Origin: Azolla caroliniana
Taxonomy: Eukaryota; Plantae; Polypodiophyta
Length of the DNA: 64,000 bases
Direction: 5' to 3'
Assembly: GCA_043228905.1 (NCBI GenBank)
Contig: JBHGNT010000020.1
Location: 6,138,001-6,202,000, forward strand
Below the pieces are notes generated by a model. That model was not told where the DNA came from and searched no databases. It saw nothing but the letters and a program-made list of their open reading frames with translations. Position 1 is the stretch's first letter. The number at the start of each line of letters is the position of its first letter. Below, in pieces: positions 1-9,700 of the stretch. The position numbers and the translations under genes are program-made.

Positions 1-348
1 CTAGACGATGATAGGCTGGACGCTCAAATCCAGTTTGAAAGCTACGAGCGGTCCCGGGTTCGGGAAGAAAAAGCACGGGAAGCGGCAACAGTTAACCTTA
101 GTGATGAGGAACCGTCACCGGCTGAGGGCCAGCCGGGAACCAGTCAACCGGAGACCACTACGACGCAGGGAGCAACGACGGAGCCGCCAGTGTCAGAGCC
201 ACAAATGGAGGAGCAGCCACAACAACCACCAACGGACCCGCCGCAGCAGACATCAACAGGGCAACATCAACAACAACAACAACCACTTCCAGATGAACCA
301 TTGGAGCCTCTCGAACAAAGCATTCTGGACATTTTGGACGAAGAATAG
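1..348 (+). CDS. C-terminal fragment of the extra 3' ORF (ORF3) of a Gypsy family-A element whose 5' part lies left of the window
   Basis: Frame 1 is open from base 1 to TAG at 346-348 (LDDDRLDAQIQFESYERSRVREEK...PDEPLEPLEQSILDILDEE*). It is homologous to 36106-36388 (...PDEPLEILEQSILDILDEA*) and lies directly upstream of an LTR. Confidence 0.75.
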   Translation, partial: LDDDRLDAQIQFESYERSRVREEKAREAATVNLSDEEPSPAEGQPGTSQPETTTTQGATTEPPVSEPQMEEQPQQPPTDPPQQTSTGQHQQQQQPLPDEPLEPLEQSILDILDEE

Positions 349-402
349 CAAGGGTCGGTTGTGGATTCGACGTACAAGGTACTGTCCCACGGGCGTGCCA
401 TG

Positions 403-837
403 TGTTACCGACCGACAAAGGAGTCCAGAGTGGGAAACGGAGAGTTATTTAAGTAGTAGGAATGTGGTTGTAATTAAGCTATGAGTGTGGACAGACGAAC
501 CGGAAATGGTATGCCGTTCCGGATCCGGACCAATCCCGAACAGGTGCGGATGGCACCGTTTTGTAATATAGACCGGAAACCTATTTAAAGGCCCGGATAC
601 AATGTAATCATTAGCGGTTAATTAATGAAAGCTTAAGCGTTGTTATCTCTCTGTGTTAATTGCCGTTCTGTCTTAATTGTTATATCTTACGTGTGTGTTA
701 TGAAAGACGATCATAATAAGTAACTTAATCAAATAGGATTAAGCGTTGAGGCAGATCCGGTTGCCGTAACACCCTTTGGGGAAGTGTCTTCCGTAGACAC
801 CCTGTGTTAGGCCATTGTCCGGCCCTAAGAGTTAACA
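403..837 (+). mobile_element. 3' LTR of a Gypsy family-A element (435 bp)
   Basis: TGTTA...TAACA termini. Clearly similar to the LTRs at 18131-18592 and 36443-36905, and preceded by the same GTCCCACGGGCGTGCCATG. Confidence 0.85.
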
Positions 838-1086
838 TCCCTTTTGGTAAATCAAACGACTGTAATATGAAACAAGGCTTTTGGTCATAATCTTGTGTTG
901 TCATGTATTAATACTGTGACTATTACTTTAGTTGCTTACCCATACTGTGATTATTACGTTTATCACCTATCCTTCCCTAAACTCGTGCACTAACCACAAC
1001 TTATTTCCAAATGAGAGAGAGATAGATAGATTATATTATCGTCTTCAGAGGTCAAATATGACCTATGAGACCAAAAATAAAACATT

Positions 1087-1823
1087 TCACGTGATACGTG
1101 TGAAAGTGAGTAGCGACTCTCGATGTTCAAGAACTTTACCAATGAATGTTGCAATCGAGAGTGCACATTGTGGTTGTGAGAGAAATTCATGCAAGGATTG
1201 GGCTCGGTCAAAGAGATGTGGAAAGCATGGTTGAATATGATCAAAGGCAGAGCATTGTATCAAAGTGTGATACTCAGACTCTCGAACTTGTTTAGGGCAA
1301 AGTGTGCATAGCCGACCACTCTCATCACTTGTGCCCCAACGCCCCGTCTCACATCGCAATGCATGTGAGCTAAGTCGCATGGACGCAATGGTTCGAATGA
1401 CAGATAATGAGATGGGCTCTAACATGTATCCATGTGTACGGTTTCCCTGTTTCGTGAAGAATATGGTTTTGTAGTTAGGTGCAACATGTGTAGTATAATG
1501 TGTGAAGCTTGAGACATTTGTCCCATGTCATGATACATTGGTGTTGCAAAAAGGCCGCATTTATTGAGGAATCTAGTGATGCATCATGAAGCAAGTGTCT
1601 TGCATCCCATCTACCAAACCATTTTTCTATATCTCGCGTCCAACTGGAACACAAAATTTTGCTTTATGCGTCTTTTGGATCTTTTTGCTTGATTCCCATG
1701 CAATTATAGGAAGTCGATGTGAGGGACTTTTTTGAACCTTAAGCATGTATTCAACAACCCTTTCCATGGCCATGCTCTCAATGGGAAGAGATCCCGTCTC
1801 AAGGAGGTAGAGGGCGTAGGGTG
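1087..1823 (-). pseudogene. 3' fragment of a non-LTR retrotransposon (LINE, RTE/RTEX-like) ORF2 with C-terminal CCHC zinc finger
   Basis: ORF 1087-1425 has RLSSHALRCETGRW...RLCTLC...ESEYHTLIQC, the C-terminal motif of LINE RT proteins. Upstream minus-strand sequence reads TPYALYLLETGSLPIESMAMERVVEYMLKV...HRLP with frameshifts. 5'-truncated. Confidence 0.7.
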
Positions 1824-1864
1824 TAGAGAGATAGAGAGAGAGAGGAAAGTTTAGAATAGGTCTC

Positions 1865-2195
1865 TCCCTTTGACTTTGGGCTTCCTTCGAGTCTAAGCTC
1901 CCTTGAAGTTTAGCTCTATTCGACTATGTATTCTGTTCGAGTTTGAGCTCCCTTCGACTCTAGGCTCCCATCGAGTCTAAGCTCTCTTCGACTATGGGCT
2001 TTGTTTAAGTTTGTGCTAACTTCGAGCCTAAGCAACTTCGAGTTTGAGCTACTTTCGACTATGGGCTCCCTTCGAGTTTGAGTTCCTTCGAGTCTGAGCT
2101 CCCGGTGAGTCTGAGTTTTGTTGGCTCTGTGCTTCCTTCAAGTCTGAGCTCTCTTCGACTTTGCGCTCTGGTAGAGTCTGAGCTCCATTCAAGTA
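1865..2195. repeat. Degenerate ~17-bp minisatellite (TTCGAGTCTGAGCTCCC / TTCGACTATGGGCTCCC variants), roughly 19 units
   Basis: Successive TTCGA anchors are 16-17 nt apart, e.g. ttcgagtttgagctact-ttcgactatgggctccc-ttcgagtttgagttcc-ttcgagtctgagctccc at 2037-2103. Confidence 0.8.
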
Positions 2196-2745
2196 TAAGG
2201 ATCCTCCCTAGTGCTCCCTAGTGAAGCTAGAATTGGAGAAGAGCCGGGAAGAGGAAAGCCGGAAGGACAAAATAGAACTGGAAGGAAGTTGGGGGAACCG
2301 GAATCCGGAATCAGTATGAACTAGAAGCGGGACGAATATTAGAGGATATGTCCTAATTAGAAATATTAGGAGAAGCGAAGCATTGTAACAGAAATAGATT
2401 AGATGAGTTATTATGTTAAGGGATGACGGATCCGGAAATATGCACGGATCTGGATGAACACCGTTTTGTATCAAAACCAACTATCTATATAAGGATTCTG
2501 GATTGTATTGTTGGATGTGCAAGTAATATTATATTTGGAAGATTTGTGTACTTGTTGTCTCATGTACTTGAATATCTAATCTTATGTGTGTATTTATTGT
2601 GTATTGTTGATTGTTAATTGTTATCCAGATTGATGGATTGAATATGTAGATTATTACCATCCCGCCGACCACACCTTTGGATTGTATTCCAATATGGAGT
2701 ACTTATGTGTTTAGGACTAAGATTTAGTCTAGGAGAAACACAATT

Positions 2746-2756
2746 TGGCGACCACA
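2746..2756 (+). promoter_or_regulatory. Primer-binding site, probably tRNA-Arg
   Basis: TGGCGACCACA lies 5 nt after the LTR end and is complementary to the 3' end (..UGUGGUCGCCA) that I recall for plant tRNA-Arg(UCG). A variant TGGTGACCAC is at 18600. Confidence 0.6.
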
Positions 2757-3909
2757 ATTTCTGCAAGAAGTAGTGAACAATGGAGGATGGATGCCATCTA
2801 GACAAATCAACGATCCAATAATTGAACGGGAGAAGAGGCTAGAAATCAGGCTACGGAGATGGGAAGCATACAAGAAAGCAACAAAGGAGATTCGATAGGA
2901 CCGATCATTTCCCAGAACGCTTCAGAGGGTAGTGGAAGAAATGATTCACATACGAAATCAACATGACTGGGACAAATGAAGCAACCTAACCAACCTTGTA
3001 GATGCCGAATCGACATTGCAAACTTTAGTAGCGGAAGCAAAGGATTCGACCACCTTTTCGGCATTTGAGTCAGAATCGGACAACAACATGAACGTCGATT
3101 AGAGTATCAAGTCCAATTATTGTTCCAGTCATGGCATCCCGAAGGGGTTGGAAGAGGAGGCGTTAAAACAGACACCGCCAACAGATGCGGATATTAAGAT
3201 ACCAACACCACCAACGGACACAGAGATAATGACACCGCTAGCAAATGAAGAGCTTTCGGTACAAACACTGTTAGCCACGATACAACTAGTTGATGAAGAG
3301 GACAACATGCCATACCCTTACCCGAAGTATAATGACGAGCCAGACATGGAGGCACATGTCCAAGCATTTCTTATCACATGGCCCGCAAACCATGTGTCCC
3401 AAGAACTGGCACAAGCCGCTGCAGATGCATCAAAGATAATAGAATTCGGGCTGTCCTTGGAAGGGCAAGTGGTGAGCTGGTATTCCCTGCATGGTCCGAA
3501 GGACTTCACAACATTCATGGAACTAAGAGACAAGTTCCTCCGTCTATTCCATAGATGCATAGCGCAAAGGGAATTAATGCGCCAATTTTACGCGGCATTC
3601 TAGGATACACATGAAACGGCGCCACGGTTTATCATCCGGTTCCAAAACATTAAGAAACAGTTAACCAAGCCACCGCCAAAGGTGGACGTAAAGGAAACAT
3701 TTTAAACAACGCTCAGAGAGACACTCTGAATAACGTTGGTAGTATTGGACCTCAACACAAGTACCATCAACCAAGTCATTGAGAAAGCGCTTGATATGGA
3801 TGGGGTGTAGAATAGCAAAAACATGTCAATGGAGGCTTTGCAGAAGGCGCTGCCGAAGGAGGAGGAACTCATATTTCGGCAAGTAGTGCAGTGCACGACA
3901 TGTCTAAAC

Positions 3910-4569
3910 TGTTAGGAATATGTCCCTCTAGTGGGAGGAGCCGACTACTCGGAGAGAGCCAACAGTCGAAGACAGGGAGCAACTGACTGATTGGATGAGA
4001 GCTCACGATTGAGGAGTCGACTCAGAGAGAGTTGATCGCGGTTGAAGACACGACTGGCTAGTTAGGCTGACCGGATGATTGATGACCAGGCTGACTAGTC
4101 GAACCACCCCGACAGTCGGCGAATGAGTCAACTGATTAGTAAGATTATTATTATTATTATTGGATAATAATAATGTCCATGATTGTAAATAGCCCATTCT
4201 GTGTATTAGTATAAATACACTTAGGGCAAACAAAACATGTAGAGATATATGGGTGAGCCTCTGTAGCGTAGGGTAAGTGCGTGAAGAGAGTGTGTGGGAG
4301 CATGAGTGAGTGAGCGGCGCCATAGTTGTGCTTTAGAAACATCATACGCCAAGAGCCCTGCGAGGCTGTTTACACTCTGTGTAGAGAGTGCTGTACTTTG
4401 ATCTCGTTGTTGTATATCCACTCCATTGTATAGTGAACTTCAGTTCTCCGTGGTTTTCTCTCGCTTTAGGGTTTTCCACGTTAAATCTGTGCACACTGTT
4501 TTATGTGTTTTAGAGTTGTGTATTTCAACATATTCCTTTTCTTTTGGATTGACGATTCGTTTCTCAACA
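3910..4569 (+). mobile_element. Solo LTR (660 bp), Copia family-C related
   Basis: TGTT...AACA termini; perfect 5-bp TSD TAAAC (3905-3909 / 4570-4574). Shares TATTAGTATAAATA..CTTAGGGCAAAC and GGGTTTTCCACGT with the LTRs at 22488 and 27176. Confidence 0.9.
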
Positions 4570-4629
4570 TAAACCTCGATCACTCATCATTAGAATGCAC
4601 AATGAGGACGCACTGTGCTTTATGCCATT

Positions 4630-5278
4630 TGTAAAAGAATACGTGTGTGGAAGCGTGTGCGATAGACACCGAGTACACAGTCGGTTTCGGAAACTCGATA
4701 GTTAGGTAAACACAGATAATGGATACACAGTGAGAGAGTGACAAAGTAGAGTAGGCAACAATATTTTGATTACAAAAGACTCTGTACGTACAAGAGTGCT
4801 CAGAGTGCACTTTATTTACAAGCCCTTGATGAGTGGGCTGAGACAAGTATCATCAGTACTTGAATGCTCATAAATGAGCCTAACACTAATTCTCCCTACA
4901 ATATTCCTATTTATTATAATAGGAATATAAACCCTCAACGGCCTTTTCGGATTTCATCCGACTCGGCACACCCGAATCGAACTCTATCCGATTCGGCTCC
5001 TCAATTTTTGGTCCTTGATCCTCGATCCTCGGATCTTGGCTCTTGGCTCTCGGCTTCTTCAGCCGATTCAGCCCATGTTGAGCTTGTCTCTCAACACTCC
5101 CCCTCAAGCTCAACTTGAGGTCTCGCCGTGTCAGCTCCAGCTGGTTTGTCATTCCAGCCTCTCCTGGCATCCTGACGCCTCGCTTGGGATCCTCGTCCAA
5201 TTCGGCCTTGTGTCCCACGACCCCTTTGGTCCAACGCTCTTAGACTTGTCTGGTTCCACGCACCTCGACCCCCCCAAG
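4630..5278 (-). mobile_element. Copia family-B 3' LTR (4630-5096), PPT and short 3' internal fragment (piece B0)
   Basis: Reverse complement of a family-B LTR (TGTTGAGAGACAAGCTCAACA start). PPT TTGAGGGGGAG is on the minus strand at 5097-5107. Confidence 0.85.
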
Positions 5279-5305
5279 TAAGCTTCGTCGCTATCGTGGT
5301 GCTGG

Positions 5306-5837
5306 TGTTAGGAATAGTACTAAAATAGAGAGGGAATTAGTACTGAAAGATGAGGATTAGTACTAAGAACAATGTAGAACTCTCGAGAGATGGAGAGAGA
5401 GAGAGAGAGAGAGGGTGGGAGGGAGAAAGAGAGAACGATGATAACAAAAGATATATATATCTTATATGAAGAGAATGTACAGGAATAGATAGGAGGCTTA
5501 AGACTGGCGTTGAGCCGATTTGGTTCGCAATAATGCCATGTGTCTCTTTTTATAATGGCTTCGGAATACTCTTGACATTTCTAAAATGTTCTAGAGAAAT
5601 CTAGAATATACAAGCATTTCCTAAGTGAAATAATAAATGAAAATTTGCATTACAATGTATAGCTTAATGATAAGGCTTCAACTCATGTGAGACAAGGTCA
5701 TGGGTTCAAATCCTTTTGAAGCCATACCATGCTATACATTGTAATACAAATTTCCATTTATTATTTCACTTAGGAAATCCATGTATATTCTAGATTTCTA
5801 TAAAACATCCACGTCTTAAGGGGAGGGTAGTGTCATG
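5306..5837 (-). mobile_element. Rearranged chromovirus-like LTR fragments (minus-strand LTR, inverted segment, then PPT plus LTR start)
   Basis: TGTTAG terminus at 5306, a (GA)n tract and TCTAGA motifs like the 47974 LTR. 69-bp inverted repeat 5595-5663 / 5731-5799. GGGGAGGGTAG|TGTCATG at 5820-5837 mirrors AGGAGGGATAG|TGTCATG at 53249-53266. Confidence 0.6.
5660..5713 (+). promoter_or_regulatory. tRNA-like A-box/B-box pair in LTR U3
   Basis: TAGCTTAATGATAAG ... AGGTCATG GGTTCAAATCC; T8-G53 distance 44 nt. Confidence 0.6.
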
Positions 5838-6140
5838 CTCTTTGACCTTCTCAGTTGGTTTGTTTGCTCAAGAGGCCCATCTCAACTTCTTTGATGCTGT
5901 GACTTCAACGCTTCTTGACCCGTCGGTTCCTCCATGTCAGCATCGACTTCCGCTACCTCCTCGTCCCTTTGGCCTTCTGTTGATTCAGCTCCTCCGAATC
6001 GAGCTTCTCTTCTGAATCAACTGCCTCTGATTCATTCCAGCTCTTGTCTGAATTGACTGTCTCTAATTCATCTTCAATCTTTAGGCCCCTTACCACATCA
6101 GACCATGTCTGAGTCTTTGGCCTTCTTCTTTCGATCGGAT

Positions 6141-6438
6141 TTGTCCTTCTTGAGTCTCCCACCATTGCCCCTTGTTCTGACTTTTTTGGATGTGCTGACT
6201 TCTTCATTCGACTTGGCTCCCTTTTTCTTCTTGTCTCCCCCTATTTCGGTCTTTTCCTCCTCTTCGACTGTGTTGTCGGTGCCTATAATCAGCTTTGTCC
6301 TTCTTGAGTCTCCCGCCATTGCCCCTTGTTCTGACTTTTTTGGATGTGCCGACTTATTCATTCGACTCGGCTCCCTTTTTCTTCTTGTCTCCCCCTATTT
6401 CGGTCTTTTCCTCCTCTTCGGCTGCATTGTCGGTGCCT
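6141..6438. repeat. Tandem duplication, period ~154 bp, in the post-RNase H extension of B1
   Basis: TTGTCCTTCTTGAGTCTCCC...GTCGGTGCCT occurs at 6141 and 6295; the ORF track shows KSAHPKKSEQGAM and EEEEKTEIGGDKKKKGA twice. Confidence 0.9.
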
Positions 6439-8385
6439 CTACCTGTTCTCCTGGTTCTCCCCCTCATGTGCGGCATGTCGAGATGCTGCAACCCAAGCAT
6501 CTCCGAAAAATGTTGCAACTTGTACAATCCGAGTGGCTTGGTGAAGATGTCGGCAACATGCCGATCTGTTCGAACATACTGTAGTTCGACTTCACCGCTC
6601 AGGACCAGTTCGTGCACAAAGTGATAATGCACTTCTATGCGCTTCGTCTGAGCATGGAACACAGGGTTCTTGGCTAGCTACATGCTACTTATGTTGTTGT
6701 AGTAGATCGGGATCGAAGTCGATACTTAGATTCGGAGGTCCTACAATTGCCGTTGAAGCCATATGACTTCATAGGTGGCGACGGTAGTGCCCCAATACTC
6801 AGCCTCAATGCTCGACAGAGCCACTTTCGGATGCTTCTTGTTGCTCTATGTAACAGTCGCGCTACCAAGAGAGAACATAAAGTCGGATGTTGACTGATGA
6901 CTCGACGCATCACCGGTCGAATTAGCATCCGTATAACCCACTATCTTTTCAGTTATACCGTGTCAATATAACAGTCCTTGATCCTTAGTGCCGCTCACAT
7001 ATCTCAATAGTCGATTGTTGAGAGACAAGCTCAACATCGGCCTGATCGGCTGAAGAAGCCGAGGTCGTTAGGAAAGATATTCTGTGAAGAATATATATTT
7101 GGGAGTTAGTGTAGGAGCTCTTGATGAGCATTGAAGTACTGTCAGTACTTCGGTCAGTCCTTCTAGGACTTGTATAAAAGTGTTCACTAAGCACGTCTTA
7201 TGTACAGACTGAGTATTATTGTTGAATATAGTTCTTGTGTTCTCTCTCACTCTCTCTGTCTCTCCCGCGTATATCGTGTAAGCTCAAGCTCTCCATTAAA
7301 CCTGAGTTTCCTTCCTTCCGTTCGGTCTTCATACTTGCTTCCGCACGCTACTTTTTACATGGTATCAGAGCGCGAGGGTTGAGAACCTCTCTGCAGCCGA
7401 CACAGCTTGACGAAGAAGAACAAGAAGAACGATGGATAGAGGCATGGCGAGCTCGCTTCCAACAGAGAAGCTCGACAGAACCAACTACGTGTCTTGGTCC
7501 TACAAGATGCACCAGTACCTGCTCGGGCACGGCTACTGGAGTTATGTCGAAGGAGCTAATGACGCGGCACCCGAATCGACACACAGAGACTTCCCGTCGT
7601 GGGAGCAATCGGCGAGCAGGGTATTATACTACTTCGCGTCGTGTGTGGGCGAACAACTATTGAGCTATGTTCGGGATGCAAAGACGCCGAAGGGTGCGTG
7701 GGAAAATCTGAAGAAGATTTTCGCTGCGAGCACCACAACCAGGAAGCTTCAGCTTCGACAGGAGTTGAGGAACCTACGACAACGTGACTTGTCGGTGGCG
7801 GACTATACCTCGAAGATCAAGGATATCTACGACTCCCTCGCCTCCATAGAGGTGAACATTGAGGAGAGCGAGATGGTCCAGATCTGTCTCGGAGGTTTGG
7901 CGTCGATGTTCGGAGCGTTCCGAACGACTGTGTGTACCCGGGAGAATACGCCGTCCTTTTTTGACTTACAGTCAATGCTCCTGGTAGAGGAGAACCACGC
8001 GGGTGCGTCTACAAGCACGCACGCCGACAACAGAATGCTGTACATGGAGGGAGATAGGCCCCGTGGACGTGGAGGATGAGGCGAGTCGGCGCGCAATGGA
8101 GGCGGCCGACGAGATCAAGGAAGAAGGCACCGAAGTGATGCCGACAGCAACTCCGGACCCTTCGGAAACAGGGGGAGTCGAAGCGATGAGAACCGGCAAG
8201 GGAAGTCGGTTCCGGGAGAGAACTGGTTCCGAGAACGGCTCCAGACATACTGACAAGGGAAATCGGTAGTGATCGCACTACGCCGAAGACTTCGGGAGAG
8301 CCGGAGAAGGGTTTGCCTTCGTGACGAGACATGAAGCAAACTCAATGAAACAAAGCACCCCGAGATTGGACGAGGTATGATACGT

Positions 8386-9700
8386 TGTCGTGGCGTGGCT
8401 CGCCTAGAAGCGTAGCGTTGTGTAGACAAAAGATATCGTGAAAGTGAGGAAGGAATCACTGGGATTATGGACAGAAGAGACGAAAGAGTAGAGATAGATA
8501 AATAGTGATCAACAAGATATGACAAGATAGGATATAGAATGATATTTGAAGCAATAAAAGAGATTTATAATTATTTGATAAAAGAGTTACAAAATGATTG
8601 TGCACATCATTGAACCTCTGAACTTTGTCTTGCAAGGTAATCGCTCTTCTCTTTCTTGATCGTAGACCATTACAATCTTCACTTCAATATTTTGATGAAG
8701 ATAAGGCTCGAACCGCCTCCCTCTTGTTGAGAGTTAACCACCACGACCGTCAAGCTAGAGCTCCACGTTTATGTTAAACTTTTTCCCTTCTTTCTTTTTC
8801 TTTATGGTATCTCTTATGAAATATATAATTTGATTGATATCTCATACATATCCCCCCTTTGATCTTCTCTTTTACCATTTAAATAGGTGCCCCCATGCAT
8901 ATGATGCATTGGAGGGTACAAGTCATGCATGTAGTGCATGAAATGCATGTGATGCATGATCGCCATTTGGCGTTCATGCATTACATGTGATGCATGATAA
9001 ACATCTCACTCATTTTGAGCTTTTATGTATGAAACAATATATGCAATAAGAATAAACATGAAAATATAATCTTAAAGAGAAATGGCCTAGCCTAATGGTA
9101 GGTGTGTTGACTTTGGTGTATGAGGTTGTGGGTTTGAGTCTCAAAATACTATTGAATACAACATACAACTTCATTTTTATATCATGAAGCAAATCCTTTA
9201 TGTAATATAAAGTATATATAAAGTATGCTTTATTTTATGTATATTACTAGTTTAGAGTAAATGGTAAGATTTGAGAGTCATAGGGTGGGGTTATTGGTTC
9301 AAGTCCTTTCTTGTTCGTGTAATATAATATACTTATATATATATATATATATATAATTTTTCTTTACATATATATATAATATTATCATATGTGTTGTTAA
9401 TATTATCTTTATATATACAACATTATCAAATGTTATTTTAGTTACGTATTTATCTTATTGTAGATTTTTAATGTGAAGCTTTCGTACTTCACGACATCAT
9501 TGGTTCAAGTCCTTTCTTGTTCGTGTAATATAATATACTTATATATATATATATATATATAATTTTTCTTTACATATATATAATATTATCATATGTGTTG
9601 TTAATATTATCTTTATATATACAACATTATCAAATGTTATTTTAGTTACGTATTTATCTTATTGTAGACTTTTAATGTGAAACTTTCGTACTTCACGACA
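8386..9700 (-). mobile_element. Solo LTR (TGTCGT...ACGACA type) with ~205-bp terminal duplication
   Basis: Termini TGTCGTG / CACGACA; 4-bp TSD ACGT (8382-8385 / 9701-9704). TATA (CCTATTTAAA) is on the minus strand near 8880. 9291-9496 is repeated as 9497-9700. Confidence 0.85.
9088..9306 (+). promoter_or_regulatory. Two tandem tRNA-like A-box/B-box pairs in solo-LTR U3
   Basis: TAGCCTAATGGTAGG..GGTTTGAGTCT (9088-9141) and TAGAGTAAATGGTAAG..GGTTCAAGTCC (9253-9306); both have 44-nt spacing. Confidence 0.6.

Larger units (their letters stand above)
2210..4629 (+). mobile_element. Truncated, diverged Gypsy family-A relative: 5' LTR (start uncertain, ends 2740), PBS and decayed gag
   Basis: LTR shares CACCGTTTTGTA...TATATAAGG with family-A LTRs. 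PBS TGGCGACCACA at 2746-2756. gag MPYPYPKYNDEPDMEAHVQAF..WPANHVSQ is homologous to 33037 onward; QCTTCLN|LDHSSLECTMRTHC is split by the solo LTR at 3910. Confidence 0.75.

Noticed and set aside
8-484. ORF 8-484 and the many short antisense or off-frame ORFs in the track as host genes
   Set aside because: They overlap retroelement coding or LTR sequence in shadow frames; the conserved reading here is frame 1 (1-348).
1865-2195. Short regular repeats resembling a CRISPR array
   Set aside because: Units are contiguous and degenerate with no unique spacers, no cas genes are present, and the context is eukaryotic.
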